A DNA stretch of 64,000 bases from a virus, in the IMG/VR virus record IMGVR_UViG_3300042867_001113. One strand, 5' to 3'. A model generated the notes under the pieces. The model was not told the origin of the DNA and ran no database searches. It saw only the letters and a list, made by a program, of their open reading frames with translations. Below are positions 29,548 to 39,168 of this stretch, piece by piece (position 1 is the first letter of the stretch; the number at the start of each line of letters is the position of its first letter). A program made the translations under genes and the position numbers.

Positions 29548-29750
29548 CGGAGCCTCTGTGACGTACCCCTACCCATCAATGGCGACCGAACCACCCAGCT
29601 CATCGGCAAGCGCCTTTGCAGGGTGCCCCCGAACGACAAAGAGAGAGGCTGCCCTCTCCCTTGTCATCGCTCTCAGCCGAGCCGGGATCATCGCCGGGAT
29701 GGTTTTCGGACACGTAGCCGGTCGTGAGGCCAGCTACGCTTCCGAACCAA

Positions 29751-30545
29751 CTATCCGAGCTGCCCCTTGAGGTGAGCCTTCTTGATGGCCGCGCGCCCCT
29801 CCAGAAGCATCTCACGGACTTCCTTCTCGCCCATACCGAGGTTGAGACCGTCCGCCTTGGTGTCGAGCATGATGACCTTGGCCCAGTTGGCGTCCTCGAT
29901 GTGCTCGCGGTCTTGCGCTGCCAGCATGTTGCTGATGGTGCCCTCTGCGCGATCGATCTTCGTGAACGGCGGCTTGCGCGGCTTCGCTTCGTTGGGGCTG
30001 CGGACCTTGAGGCCCAACACGGGAACATCGTCGTAGGGATTTGCCCAGCCCTCGTAGTCAAGCGCAAAGTTCATGCGGACGCCGCCATCCTCGTAGAGGT
30101 CGCCGTCGATCTCAGCCATGTCGAAGATCGGGAGACACATGCTCGCGAACAGCCGGATGGGGAGGTCGCCCGACGTCCAGACCTTCGACTCCCCCTTCGT
30201 CCAGTTTGTTGTGACGATGTGCAGCTTTGAGTGACCGTCTTCGACTTTCGGGTGGAGGTGCTTCTTGAAGACCTTGAGCAGCCCTTCCTTCGTGTAGAGC
30301 CCCGCCTGACCTCCGAACGGAAACCAGTTCTTCGTAAGGAACGTGCTGGGGAGGAGGGTCAGCGCCAGCGACTCCAGCTCCGCGCTGGTCTTGAACTTCG
30401 CTGCAGCAGCAGCTGTGATCGCGCCACCTGACGCCCCGACCATCTCGGGGAACGTGAACCCCAAGTCCAGCAACTCGCAGACCGCGCCGATCTGAACCGG
30501 GTACCGCGTTCCAGACCCTGACAAGACGAGCTTGAGACGCTTCAC
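29751..30545 (-). CDS. patatin-like phospholipase
   Basis: LVLSGSGTR oxyanion loop, GASGG nucleophile elbow, EDGG; GTG start after GGAGG. Confidence 0.9.
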   Translation of the reverse strand: MKRLKLVLSGSGTRYPVQIGAVCELLDLGFTFPEMVGASGGAITAAAAAKFKTSAELESLALTLLPSTFLTKNWFPFGGQAGLYTKEGLLKVFKKHLHPKVEDGHSKLHIVTTNWTKGESKVWTSGDLPIRLFASMCLPIFDMAEIDGDLYEDGGVRMNFALDYEGWANPYDDVPVLGLKVRSPNEAKPRKPPFTKIDRAEGTISNMLAAQDREHIEDANWAKVIMLDTKADGLNLGMGEKEVREMLLEGRAAIKKAHLKGQLG

Positions 30546-30648
30546 TTGAACCTCCGTTGAAAGACAAGGCACCTTATGTGCCCTGCCGAAAGTTGGCGAG
30601 AGGCTTTGGTTTTCGTGTTACGTCCCGCCCGGAGTAGGGAATCCGCAC

Positions 30649-31647
30649 ATGCTTGAGGTCTGGAATCATATAGTTGAGTGGTGGTGGCTGCGGAAGACGT
30701 CGCGCTGCGCTCGGTGCAAGTACGACGCGCCGCGCCGCATACTTGAGCGCAGGGACAGCTTTGTCGTCGACTGTATGGGCTGCGACATCTCCGGATGCCT
30801 TGGAGTCACGCCCGCAGATGCGGTCCAGAAGTGGAACACTGAGAATCGAGGCCCTCGATGAGCGGCGGAAGCTGGGGCTACCTTTACCGGAACATCAACG
30901 ATGCGGCCTTTGCGCTGCAAAGAGGCGCGGCGACCGAACGAGACTACGCGCTCGATCTGAACGATGAGCAGCGCGAGAAGCGCCGGAAGCTGGGTGAGCT
31001 TCTGGAGAAGGTCGCGCACGCTCTCCACGAGATTGAGTGGGTCGACAGCTGCGACTCTTCGTTCCCATCCGACACGCAGGCCATCGACGCCGTGTTCGCG
31101 AGCCTTGGGCGCGTTCCCAAGATAGAACTGCGGCATGACGATAAAGGTCTTCTGGACGAGGTGGTTGCCCACGAGGCGACGATTCACATGGAGGACATGG
31201 GTTCCTCGTGGTCGATCCTCATTGACGCGGGCGAAGATCACCTCAGTCTGTCGTTCGGAGGTCGCCTCAAAAGACCCCTTGTCATCGATCAGTCAGGATC
31301 TGTGATTTCCACTCACCCCAAACGCTAGCCCCGAGAACTGCATGTCTGTTCAGAACGCTGTCATCACCCTCGCCCACGAAGCCATCGACAAGCTCGTGGC
31401 CCAGCTACAAGCCGACGCGCATCAGCACAGTTTTCAGCTGGATGCCCTCCAGATTATGAACCGCGAACTCACCGCCATGAACGAGAAGCTGCGCATGGCC
31501 AATGCCGAGCTGCAAGCAGAGTCGGCTCGACTGCAAGCAGAGATCGAGACGCGTGCTGCCACCACTGATCCAGCCGTCAAGGCCCCGCGAAAGCAGAGAG
31601 CGCCCAAGGCGCCCCCGGATCCCGTAGTCGACGCTGACCAGCCCTGA
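30649..31647 (+). other. three small hypothetical CDSs (30649-30861 with Lar-like CxxC motifs, 30858-31328, 31342-31647)
   Basis: Co-oriented, downstream of GTTAC at 30617; MSGGSWGYLY start is common in phage proteins. Confidence 0.55.
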
Positions 31648-31648
31648 G

Positions 31649-31858
31649 TCAGCGCGAGCGCAGGAGCTTGATCGCCGTCAGCACCTCGTCGAGGGTGACG
31701 TGCGACGAGCCCAGCAGGCTCTCGTCTCCGAGCCAGAAGTCGACCTCGACGTCCTTCGGCGACGAAGCTTCGAGGTTGACGGATTCGGTGACCCGACTGC
31801 CGCTGCTCAAGCGCTGGAAGGTGACAGTGAGATCGGGGTCGGTCTTTTCAGTGGTCAT
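31649..31858 (-). CDS. hypothetical protein
   Basis: ATG overlaps the end of the upstream gene. Confidence 0.5.
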   Translation of the reverse strand: MTTEKTDPDLTVTFQRLSSGSRVTESVNLEASSPKDVEVDFWLGDESLLGSSHVTLDEVLTAIKLLRSR

Positions 31859-32234
31859 TGAGGACTCGTTTCTTGGTGGTGGTGGTGCGAGCGAGCTTCT
31901 GTTCAGCGCCGAACATGACGCTCCAGATCTCGCCGTAGAGGTGAGCACGATCGTAGCCCTGCACCTTGCCAACCATCGTCTTGAAGTTCGAGTAGTCGAC
32001 GTCTTCGGACATCAGCGCAGCGACCTTCGCCCACTGCTTCTTCCCGACGAAGATGCGGTAGGGGTAGTCGGAGTGTTTCTCGATAACGACGTCGGGCATG
32101 TCTGGGAAGTAGAGCTGGTGCAGGCTCTCGAAGTCAGCGAGGACGCGGGTCCGGACACACACCTCGCCGACGCCTCGGCCTTGGGACTTTTTATCGACGA
32201 CGCTGAAGAATCCTGCACGGGTGAAGAGCCACAT
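31848..32234 (-). CDS. conserved phage hypothetical protein
   Basis: MWLFT..GF.SVV...DYPYR...VDYSNFK family pattern. Confidence 0.7.
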   Translation of the reverse strand: MWLFTRAGFFSVVDKKSQGRGVGEVCVRTRVLADFESLHQLYFPDMPDVVIEKHSDYPYRIFVGKKQWAKVAALMSEDVDYSNFKTMVGKVQGYDRAHLYGEIWSVMFGAEQKLARTTTTKKRVLNDH

Positions 32235-32344
32235 TTCTCGATCCTGCCTTCTGCCTCTCGGCGGTACCGCAAGCGTGCGGTAGACGAGATGTAACTCACG
32301 TTTTGGAAGTTTCAGATCCGCTCAATTGAACTCAGAGGTCTGAC

Positions 32345-32572
32345 TTGCTTGAACTGCGCGCGGTGGCTTTTCTGGATGGCGGCGAGGTTGCGTTTGTCGA
32401 AGAGACCGACGCGGATGCATTTGGGCTCTACCTCGTCGAGGGTGATGCGCTTGGATGGATCGCGGATTTTGCGGACTACGGCTGGGCTCTAAAGTTTTCC
32501 GCACAGTATGCAGAGGAGTTGAACATCGACTTGGTTGACCGCGTGCGGGCCCTGATCTCCCAGCTGGTGTGA
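32345..32572 (+). CDS. hypothetical protein
   Basis: GAGG SD before TTG; FGLY...WIADF pattern. Confidence 0.5.
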   Translation: MLELRAVAFLDGGEVAFVEETDADAFGLYLVEGDALGWIADFADYGWALKFSAQYAEELNIDLVDRVRALISQLV

Positions 32573-32711
32573 TCGCTCGAAAGTGATCAGACGGGACCAT
32601 ACGGTCCTGAAAAAAGGTCGCAGATCTGCCCGTTTTCGAGAGAAGCCGGATCCGGTTTTGTGGCTTCGTAAAGCCGTTTTTTCACGGTCACCATGGCACT
32701 GAACGCAAGTG

Positions 32712-32739
32712 TTGACTCCGGCTCGGATCGCGTTATGAT
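32712..32739 (+). promoter_or_regulatory. sigma70-type promoter upstream of the sigma-factor gene
   Basis: TTGACT-N16-TATGAT. Confidence 0.75.
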
Positions 32740-32793
32740 GGGCGAAGAAAGTCCGGGCACCCGATGGATCGGGTCCACGCGACGGAGGCAGCC

Positions 32794-33441
32794 ATGACGA
32801 CCCAGAAGACCCGCGCCGAACACCAGACCCCCAAGTTCGGCATCACCTACAACGACGCGATGAAAGAGGCGATGACGATCGCTGCCCGCGCCGCGCGTCG
32901 CCACCACAAGTGGGTGTCCTGCGGGAGCGACAAGGACGACCTGCTCGCAGCCGCCTACGAGGGAATCCTCCTCGCTTGGAAGGCGTGGAAGGGCCCCGAA
33001 GTGGTCTCGTGGTCGTTTGCCGCGTGGACCTATGCGGAGCTGTACGCTCGCCGCGAGGGGAACCGCCGCAAGTCCGTCGTGAGCACGGGCAGCGGCAGCT
33101 ACTCGCTGCACAAGGGCCGTCAGGCGGTCCGTGACGACGCCCTGCTGATGCAGAACGAGGACGGGGCTTGGGTCGACGCTGACCTCAAGGACGAACGCCC
33201 GCTTCCCTCCCAGCAAGTCGAGATGATGGAGACCCTCCGAGTGATCGGGGTCGCCCTCCGCGAAGCGATCCCCACTTGCGCGGGAGAGCAAGTCGCCCTC
33301 GCCCAAGACGTGATCACCCAACGTATTCTGATCGACGTTGCCCAGAGCGCGGCCAGCATCGCTGACAAGCACGGGGTGAGCAGTGCGACGGTCTACAAGG
33401 TTGAGACCGCGCTGCGCGGGGCCTTGCAGGCTGCTCTCTGA
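32794..33441 (+). CDS. phage-encoded sigma70-family factor
   Basis: Region 2-like DDLLAAAYEGILLA...W and region 4 HTH SAASIADKHGVSSATVYKVE; GGAGG SD. Confidence 0.7.
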   Translation: MTTQKTRAEHQTPKFGITYNDAMKEAMTIAARAARRHHKWVSCGSDKDDLLAAAYEGILLAWKAWKGPEVVSWSFAAWTYAELYARREGNRRKSVVSTGSGSYSLHKGRQAVRDDALLMQNEDGAWVDADLKDERPLPSQQVEMMETLRVIGVALREAIPTCAGEQVALAQDVITQRILIDVAQSAASIADKHGVSSATVYKVETALRGALQAAL

Positions 33442-33526
33442 ACGACAGCGGATCCGGGTGAAAAACCCGGATCCGAGTTACTCAACCCTCAGAGCGGGAT
33501 GGTTCCCGCCTACACAGGAGACGCAG

Positions 33527-33814
33527 ATGAACAAGAACAATACCGTCCGTCGCACCCTCATCCAGAACGTCGTCGCCCCCTCGATTCATGGCGCACTTGC
33601 TGCGGTCCCCGGGCTCGACCTCAACCGCGAAGAGGATCGACGCCGCACGATGCGCGCGACGGTCCACACCGTCGCCGGTCTCCTGCTGGAGAAGGGAGCC
33701 AACCCCAACGAGCTTCTGCAAGCCTGCATCGAGGCGATCTCGAAGGAGATGGAATCGCTGCAGGCGCAGCACGAGGGTGACGGCACCTTCCCACAGGCTG
33801 GAGCCAACGCCTGA
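33527..33814 (+). CDS. hypothetical protein
   Basis: AGGAG SD, leader hairpin and GTTAC upstream. Confidence 0.65.
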   Translation: MNKNNTVRRTLIQNVVAPSIHGALAAVPGLDLNREEDRRRTMRATVHTVAGLLLEKGANPNELLQACIEAISKEMESLQAQHEGDGTFPQAGANA

Positions 33815-33946
33815 GCCGCACCTCCGTTGACCTTGAAGGACGGGGGTGACAGCCTGCTTCCGTGCAGCCCAAGCAACTGCTCGTGAACCCCGCACCTGCG
33901 ATTCTGTAGGGGCGGGGTTCGGCCTTTGTGGGGAACGCCGCAAATG

Positions 33947-33980
33947 AAAGACCCCGGACCATACGGTGCCGGGGTCTTTT
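33947..33980. terminator. terminator between convergent genes, containing a GGACCATACGG box
   Basis: AAAGACCCCGG...CCGGGGTCTTTT. Confidence 0.7.
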
Positions 33981-34011
33981 CAATTCCGCGCAGCTCGGGG
34001 CTTTAGAAAAC

Positions 34012-34956
34012 TCAGCCACCCAAGGGAGGAACAACCACCGCAGGCACGCCGGGGCAGAGGATCATCGTGACCTCCACCTTCGGGTCGCACTGACGGAGTC
34101 CCAGCGTGTCGTCGTAGGCGTAGCCGTAGGCCGTGCTGTGACAGCCTGCGTGAACCGCCTTGACGTACTTGGTCTGCACCACGGGACCGGCGCTGCACTG
34201 AGCTGGAGAGACCGGAGGAGTCGGGCAGCAGTAGGGGGCAGGAGCGTCCGCAGACGGAGGCTGCTGGCCCTTGCCACCGAAGGTCGGGTACGTGAGCGCC
34301 GCGCACGGCGAGAAGCAGGCCCCGGCTTCCCCAGCGACGCGAAGGTCGACAGCTGAAAACTCAGGGTGCTGCTGCGCGAGGCCCTGCGAGAGGTTTTCTG
34401 ATGTCGGACATTGGTTCAAGTCGAGGCCAGAGCAATCCACATCCATGCATCCGTTGGACTCGGTAGACGCTTCGATCCGGAACGGCAAAGTGAAGCCGTC
34501 GACAGCAGACGCGTTCCAGAAGGTGTTGGCGACTGGGTTCCCCTGAGCGGTCACCGCGCACTTCGTCTTGTCCTCAAGAGAGCAACCCCAGGTCGCTTCC
34601 AGTTTGGAGTCGACCGGCGGCGCGCATCCTGCGGGTGGGCACGGGGGAGACGACTGACCGACCTTGCAGTTGTTGCCGATGTCATCGCAGCCGGTCTTGG
34701 GCCAGTAGCGCACGGAGGGAAGACCCGCGTCTGGGATTGGGAACGTCGCCGTGTCGCCCTTGATGAGCTTCGTCACGTCAGGCGAGCCCGTGTGGCCCTG
34801 CTGCTGCACCCACACCGTGTCGGCGCACTGGTTGAGGATCTTGAGAGAGCGGCCCTCGGCCAGCTTCGGACCTGCGTCCGGAGCTGCGGGTGCCGGAGGT
34901 GTCGGGCACCCCGTGAAAAAGGCCGCGACCACGAGCACCGCATAGAAAATCTTCAT
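34012..34956 (-). CDS. thaumatin-like (PR-5 / GH152-type) lipoprotein
   Basis: Lipobox-type signal (AAFFTG-C); NQC.DTVW, RYWPKTGC, SAVDGFTLP, CFSPC, YCC, AYGYAYDD, LCP. Confidence 0.85.
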   Translation of the reverse strand: MKIFYAVLVVAAFFTGCPTPPAPAAPDAGPKLAEGRSLKILNQCADTVWVQQQGHTGSPDVTKLIKGDTATFPIPDAGLPSVRYWPKTGCDDIGNNCKVGQSSPPCPPAGCAPPVDSKLEATWGCSLEDKTKCAVTAQGNPVANTFWNASAVDGFTLPFRIEASTESNGCMDVDCSGLDLNQCPTSENLSQGLAQQHPEFSAVDLRVAGEAGACFSPCAALTYPTFGGKGQQPPSADAPAPYCCPTPPVSPAQCSAGPVVQTKYVKAVHAGCHSTAYGYAYDDTLGLRQCDPKVEVTMILCPGVPAVVVPPLGG

Positions 34957-34994
34957 GGAAAACTCCGCACCTCGGAAATCGAGGTCGGCGGACC

Positions 34995-35213
34995 TTACCC
35001 TACGATCACGTCCGGGCGAAGGGCCTCGACGTCCACAGGTGGCTTCCCACAGACACCGCACTTCGCGGGCGCTTGGCGGCAGTTGATGCTGACCCGATTG
35101 CAGCACCGAGCGGCCCACACGACCTCTTCCTTCTGCTCAAGGAAGAGTGGCAGCAGCAACAGTCGGACGATCGGGTCGTCGCGCAGAGGAACGGGTGTCT
35201 CCGAGTCGCTCAT
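34995..35213 (-). CDS. small zinc-binding hypothetical protein
   Basis: CC...CGVCG. Confidence 0.45.
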   Translation of the reverse strand: MSDSETPVPLRDDPIVRLLLLPLFLEQKEEVVWAARCCNRVSINCRQAPAKCGVCGKPPVDVEALRPDVIVG

Positions 35214-35443
35214 CAGACCACCTCCGGAATTGGAATAACGTCGACGATGTCAGGCGGGCAGATGACCGACAGCGTGCGCCCGTTGTCCCAGCGGATTCCA
35301 AGTTGCCATTCCTTGGAGACCCCAGATGGGCTCCGCTCAAAGACCGTGACGGTGTGGACGGTCCCCTCAGTCCCGACAGGGATCGGGTCAGGGTCGTCAG
35401 GCATGTGGACGAGGCGGACGCGGTCACCTTTTTTCACGTTCAA
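35213..35443 (-). CDS. DUF4314-like protein
   Basis: GDRVRLVHM.DDP.P.P.GTEGTV...WDNGR.L. Confidence 0.75.
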   Translation of the reverse strand: MNVKKGDRVRLVHMPDDPDPIPVGTEGTVHTVTVFERSPSGVSKEWQLGIRWDNGRTLSVICPPDIVDVIPIPEVV

Positions 35444-35451
35444 GTGGCACC

Positions 35452-36624
35452 TCAGAAGGGGAGGACGGTTGGCTTCTCGGGGACGTAGGGGGCGGGTGCT
35501 TTCGGCAGGTTTATGACCGGGGTGTGCGAGGTGATCATCGTCTGCTTCACCGCCGCCGCCTTTATAGCCGCCTTCGATGCCGCCGCTGCGTCAGCGAGAG
35601 CTTGCGCGTTGTCGACATGCTTCATCACGCTCGCCATGTCTGCGCTGATGGCCGCGACGTCGATGTAGGTCGGGGTCTTCTTGTAGACCTGCGTGATCAG
35701 GTCTGTGACCTGAGGAAGGTAGCTCGCGTCGCACATCCACGCCTTCGTTGCGGCGTCCCAGCTTCGATCCTTGTAGGGGATCATGTTCTTGAACCCCGCG
35801 ATGAATGTCGCGTCGTAGGGCGTGTTGATCTTCAGGCTGTTCCCGTTCTTCTCGATTCGGCAGGTGGACACGGGGCCTCCGGGTGCTGGGGTTGCCTGCA
35901 CTGTAACAGGCGTCAGCGTCGGCTTCAGTACCGCCGAGGTTGCGAGGAAGGCTTCCACCTCGACACGAGCATCCGCCAGTCCGACGGACATTGGGTAGTG
36001 CGTCTGGACGATGGTGGCGAAGGCATCGAGGTGCTTCGGGTCAACACCGAACATCCGACGACCCGGTTTCGGAGAGGGGAAATTCACCGCGCCAAGACTG
36101 TGGAGCTTATGACGTGCTGCTGGGCAGCGGGGACCGTCGACGAAGATTCGAGGGCCCTTTGATGTGAGGGGGTCGAAACGGACCACGGCATCCCCAGTAG
36201 CTGCCTCGCCGTTCCAGAGAGCCGCGACACCGAGGTACCCGAGCCATCGAGCGACTTCAGAGCAGGCTTTCAGCACCTTCCAGCGGGTGCTGTCGTAGCT
36301 CAGGATCTTCTCGATCTTGCGGATCGCGATGCGCCAGTCTGTCCCGTCGAGGTTCAGCGTGAGCATGCCGAGCAGGTCGGCATACGTTGCTTGCGCGTCG
36401 GGGGTGATGCTGGTGTCGGGGTTGATTGTCAGGAGCGCCATGAGCGCCTCTGGAGGGTTCGCTGGGATGCTGTTCGCGAGGAGCTTGTTGTCCTGCTTCC
36501 GGCAGATAGGACCGATGCCCGCCTCGATGGAGGCCATGTCCGTCAGGTCTTTCCGACACCGGCAGCACGATCGGCCTGTGTGCGACTTGAACTGCGGGGC
36601 GACATTGCTTGTGTTGATGTCCAT
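35452..36624 (-). CDS. DUF6011-like zinc domain + HARP-like domain protein
   Basis: C.RC.K.LTD..S...GIGPIC at the N-terminus; PYD..FI..FK..IP...R.WD...KAW near the C-terminus. Confidence 0.7.
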   Translation of the reverse strand: MDINTSNVAPQFKSHTGRSCCRCRKDLTDMASIEAGIGPICRKQDNKLLANSIPANPPEALMALLTINPDTSITPDAQATYADLLGMLTLNLDGTDWRIAIRKIEKILSYDSTRWKVLKACSEVARWLGYLGVAALWNGEAATGDAVVRFDPLTSKGPRIFVDGPRCPAARHKLHSLGAVNFPSPKPGRRMFGVDPKHLDAFATIVQTHYPMSVGLADARVEVEAFLATSAVLKPTLTPVTVQATPAPGGPVSTCRIEKNGNSLKINTPYDATFIAGFKNMIPYKDRSWDAATKAWMCDASYLPQVTDLITQVYKKTPTYIDVAAISADMASVMKHVDNAQALADAAAASKAAIKAAAVKQTMITSHTPVINLPKAPAPYVPEKPTVLPF

Positions 36625-36813
36625 CGGGTGCTCCTCCGAAAACCGTTCCGGTGATGCTGATGTAACTCGTGATCGTCAGATCCGTTTTCTGCGCTCGTAT
36701 GAACAACAGCCGTGCTGGACCGTAGAAAACTCATGTTTCCGCGAACCTTGAGGTGATTCCCGCTGAAGACTGGGGCCGCAGATCATGCCCCGAGGGGCAG
36801 GGGGTTCGGACAT

Positions 36814-36855
36814 TCCACGAGCGGGTTTGCCCACTCCACGAGCGGGTTTGCCCAC
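36814..36855. repeat. perfect 21-bp tandem duplication
   Basis: TCCACGAGCGGGTTTGCCCAC x2. Confidence 0.9.
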
Positions 36856-37027
36856 ATACAGCCCCGATCCCCGTACATCGCGTCCGGAAGCCATTTTCAC
36901 GGGTGATCACCAGATCTGGGATCGAGCAATATCTTTTTTTGAATTTATTTTCGCGCAGATCACCGCGTTCGGAAGCCGTTTTCCGCGCAGATCCGCAGAT
37001 CAGTTCATTTGAACTCGGACGTGACTG

Positions 37028-37055
37028 TTGACTTCAACGCGGCTGGTGTTATGAT
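37028..37055 (+). promoter_or_regulatory. sigma70-type promoter
   Basis: TTGACT-N16-TATGAT with extended TG. Confidence 0.75.
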
Positions 37056-37093
37056 GATCTCACGGCACGGATGCCGCACCGAAGGAGCCCGCC

Positions 37094-37294
37094 ATGATCG
37101 CCATCGCTACTGTCCTCGCCACTGTCCCCAGCAGCAGCAACCCCGAGGTGGTCTACACGATCAAGCGCGGGGCCGACGGCAACGTCTACTGCAGCTGCCC
37201 CGCGTGGAAGTTTCAGAAGCTCAACCCCGCGCAGCGCACCTGCAAGCACCTCCGCAACCTCGCCGCCAGCATGAAGCAGCACGCCGCGAAGTGA
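37094..37294 (+). CDS. SWIM zinc-finger protein
   Basis: PSSS....Y.I......CSCPAW...CKHL. Confidence 0.8.
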   Translation: MIAIATVLATVPSSSNPEVVYTIKRGADGNVYCSCPAWKFQKLNPAQRTCKHLRNLAASMKQHAAK

Positions 37295-37380
37295 GCTGCA
37301 GCTGCCCCGCGCAACGCAGCCTCCCCCGGTCAGCCCGGGGTTCAGGCGTAGCGGCACGGTTGCCGCGCAAGGAGCAAAAC

Positions 37381-38132
37381 ATGCGAACCCCCAAGACCAC
37401 CAAGCTTCAAATTGTCGAACGCGCCACGGGCGTGGTGCTCGACGCAGACGCTGCCCCCACAGCGTTTCTCTGCGCCAAGGGTGGACCCGCCGTCAAGCGT
37501 GATGGGTGCTGGTTCGAGACTCGCTACGAGGGGTTCGAGGTGCGCGACGGCGAGCAGATCTACGACGTCCGGGTCCGCGCCACTCGCGGTTGAACTGAAG
37601 TTACTTCCCTCCCACAACCCGGCACGAATGCCGACTTGGAGAATGTCATGAAAGCCGTCATCGGAAACACCTTCCCCGTGAAGGAGCAGATCAAAGCCCT
37701 CGGCGGTCGATGGGACGGCATGAAAAAGTGCTGGAACGTCCCTGACGAGAAGTTCGATGCCGCGATGGCGCTCGTCACAGGAGCGGGCCCGAAGGGCAGC
37801 TACGTCGCCTCGACAGGCTCGGTGCGCGCCGCTCCCCGCCCATCGAAGGGGTGGCGACCCTGCGGCTACCCGGGCTGCAACAGAGCGCACTGCGATGAGT
37901 GCGATGGAGCCGGGTTCTACGGATGACGCTCGATTGGATTGCCTGCAATGTCTGCGAAGACGACGGGTTCGTTTGGATCCCGTGCGTCCGCTACAGCACC
38001 GCGCACTGGCGCCGGAAGGGCGAATCGGAGTTTTCCATTGTGAAACACCGCGAGCGCTTCCGCTACCCGTGCGAATGCGCGCGCGGTTCGGCTTGGATCG
38101 AGGACCAAAGACGAGGCAAGGATCCTGACTGA
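37381..38132 (+). other. three small CDSs (37381-37593, 37648-37926 DUF5710-like, 37923-38132)
   Basis: SD motifs; GNTFPVKEQIKALGGRWD...W in the second ORF. Confidence 0.6.
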
Positions 38133-38134
38133 GG

Positions 38135-38617
38135 TCAGCCGGATTTCGATGATCGAACGCCGCGCTTCTTCCAGTTCTCCAGCACCTTCACGCGCTTCTG
38201 CAAGTTCGCCAGCACGGCTTGGTTGTCCGCACACGCACAAGGAGCCCCTGCCTGCACCACAGGGGCGTCAGGAGCGGCCTCCGACGAATCCTCGTTTGAG
38301 GGAGGAGCACTCATCAGCTCGCCCTCCAGCGACACCTTCAGTTCGGAGACAGCCTGTGGGTCCACGTCCTTCGCCAGCGCAATCGCCTTCATGCGCTCAT
38401 CGTGGCCAGCCTGCAGGACCATCTGCAGCTTCTTGCCGATGCCTGCCACGAGGACTGCGAACGCCATAAGCGCTCCGAGCAGACCGGACCCTTCCATTGT
38501 GGACGGCGACGTGGCTGGAGCCTGCGAGGGGTCAACAGCGATACTCGCGAGGTCATCGGGAGTCAGCCCCTCCGTCGGCGCGTCGTTCACGAGGGCCGCT
38601 TCTTCTTCTGGGTTCAT
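38135..38617 (-). CDS. hypothetical membrane protein
   Basis: Single hydrophobic helix GLLGALMAFAVLVAGIG; GAGG SD. Confidence 0.6.
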   Translation of the reverse strand: MNPEEEAALVNDAPTEGLTPDDLASIAVDPSQAPATSPSTMEGSGLLGALMAFAVLVAGIGKKLQMVLQAGHDERMKAIALAKDVDPQAVSELKVSLEGELMSAPPSNEDSSEAAPDAPVVQAGAPCACADNQAVLANLQKRVKVLENWKKRGVRSSKSG

Positions 38618-38752
38618 GGATGCCTCGGGTCAAGTTTTCAACTGACCCTGAGCATAACCCACATTGAAACGAGCTGAAAGCCGAGCCCGTAAGCCAGTCC
38701 ATGCGGTGTTACTCTCCGCAGACCCCTCCACAAGACGCTCGTAAGGACACCC

Positions 38753-39004
38753 ATGTCACGCAAGAATTCCACCGAAAACCCGAAGTTCATCGCCTCCCGG
38801 CCTCTCGTCGGCGAGATGCGGTCCGTTATCAAGCGGTCGATCGACCTGTGCCCCGAGGCCGATCCTGAGATGCTCATGGCCGAGCTGTTTCAGCGGTTCG
38901 TTGACGATGGGCTCATCGAGCAGGCTGACTGGGCGGAAGACCTCGTCCTCTCGATGGCCATCGCGGAAGTCGACGCCATGTGGGCGAGAGCGGAGGTCGT
39001 GTGA
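38753..39004 (+). CDS. hypothetical protein
   Basis: AAGGA SD; GTTAC upstream. Confidence 0.6.
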   Translation: MSRKNSTENPKFIASRPLVGEMRSVIKRSIDLCPEADPEMLMAELFQRFVDDGLIEQADWAEDLVLSMAIAEVDAMWARAEVV

Positions 39005-39168
39005 AGCAGCCCAAGCTCAGGACGCGTTCCTACGTCGCTCGACAGGCGTGGGACCGGGGAGGTGCTGGTCCGCATCGGGATCAGAAGGCTCATGCGAAGC
39101 GGCGGGCCTGCAGGGGCCGCGTCACAGCCGACGATTGAGGACCATACGGGCCTGTTACTGGACTGGGT

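Noticed and set aside
29751-30545. Patatin as part of a CBASS operon
   Set aside because: No CD-NTase or Cap2/Cap3 genes nearby.
36814-36855. 21-bp repeat as a mini CRISPR array
   Set aside because: The two copies are directly adjacent with no spacer.
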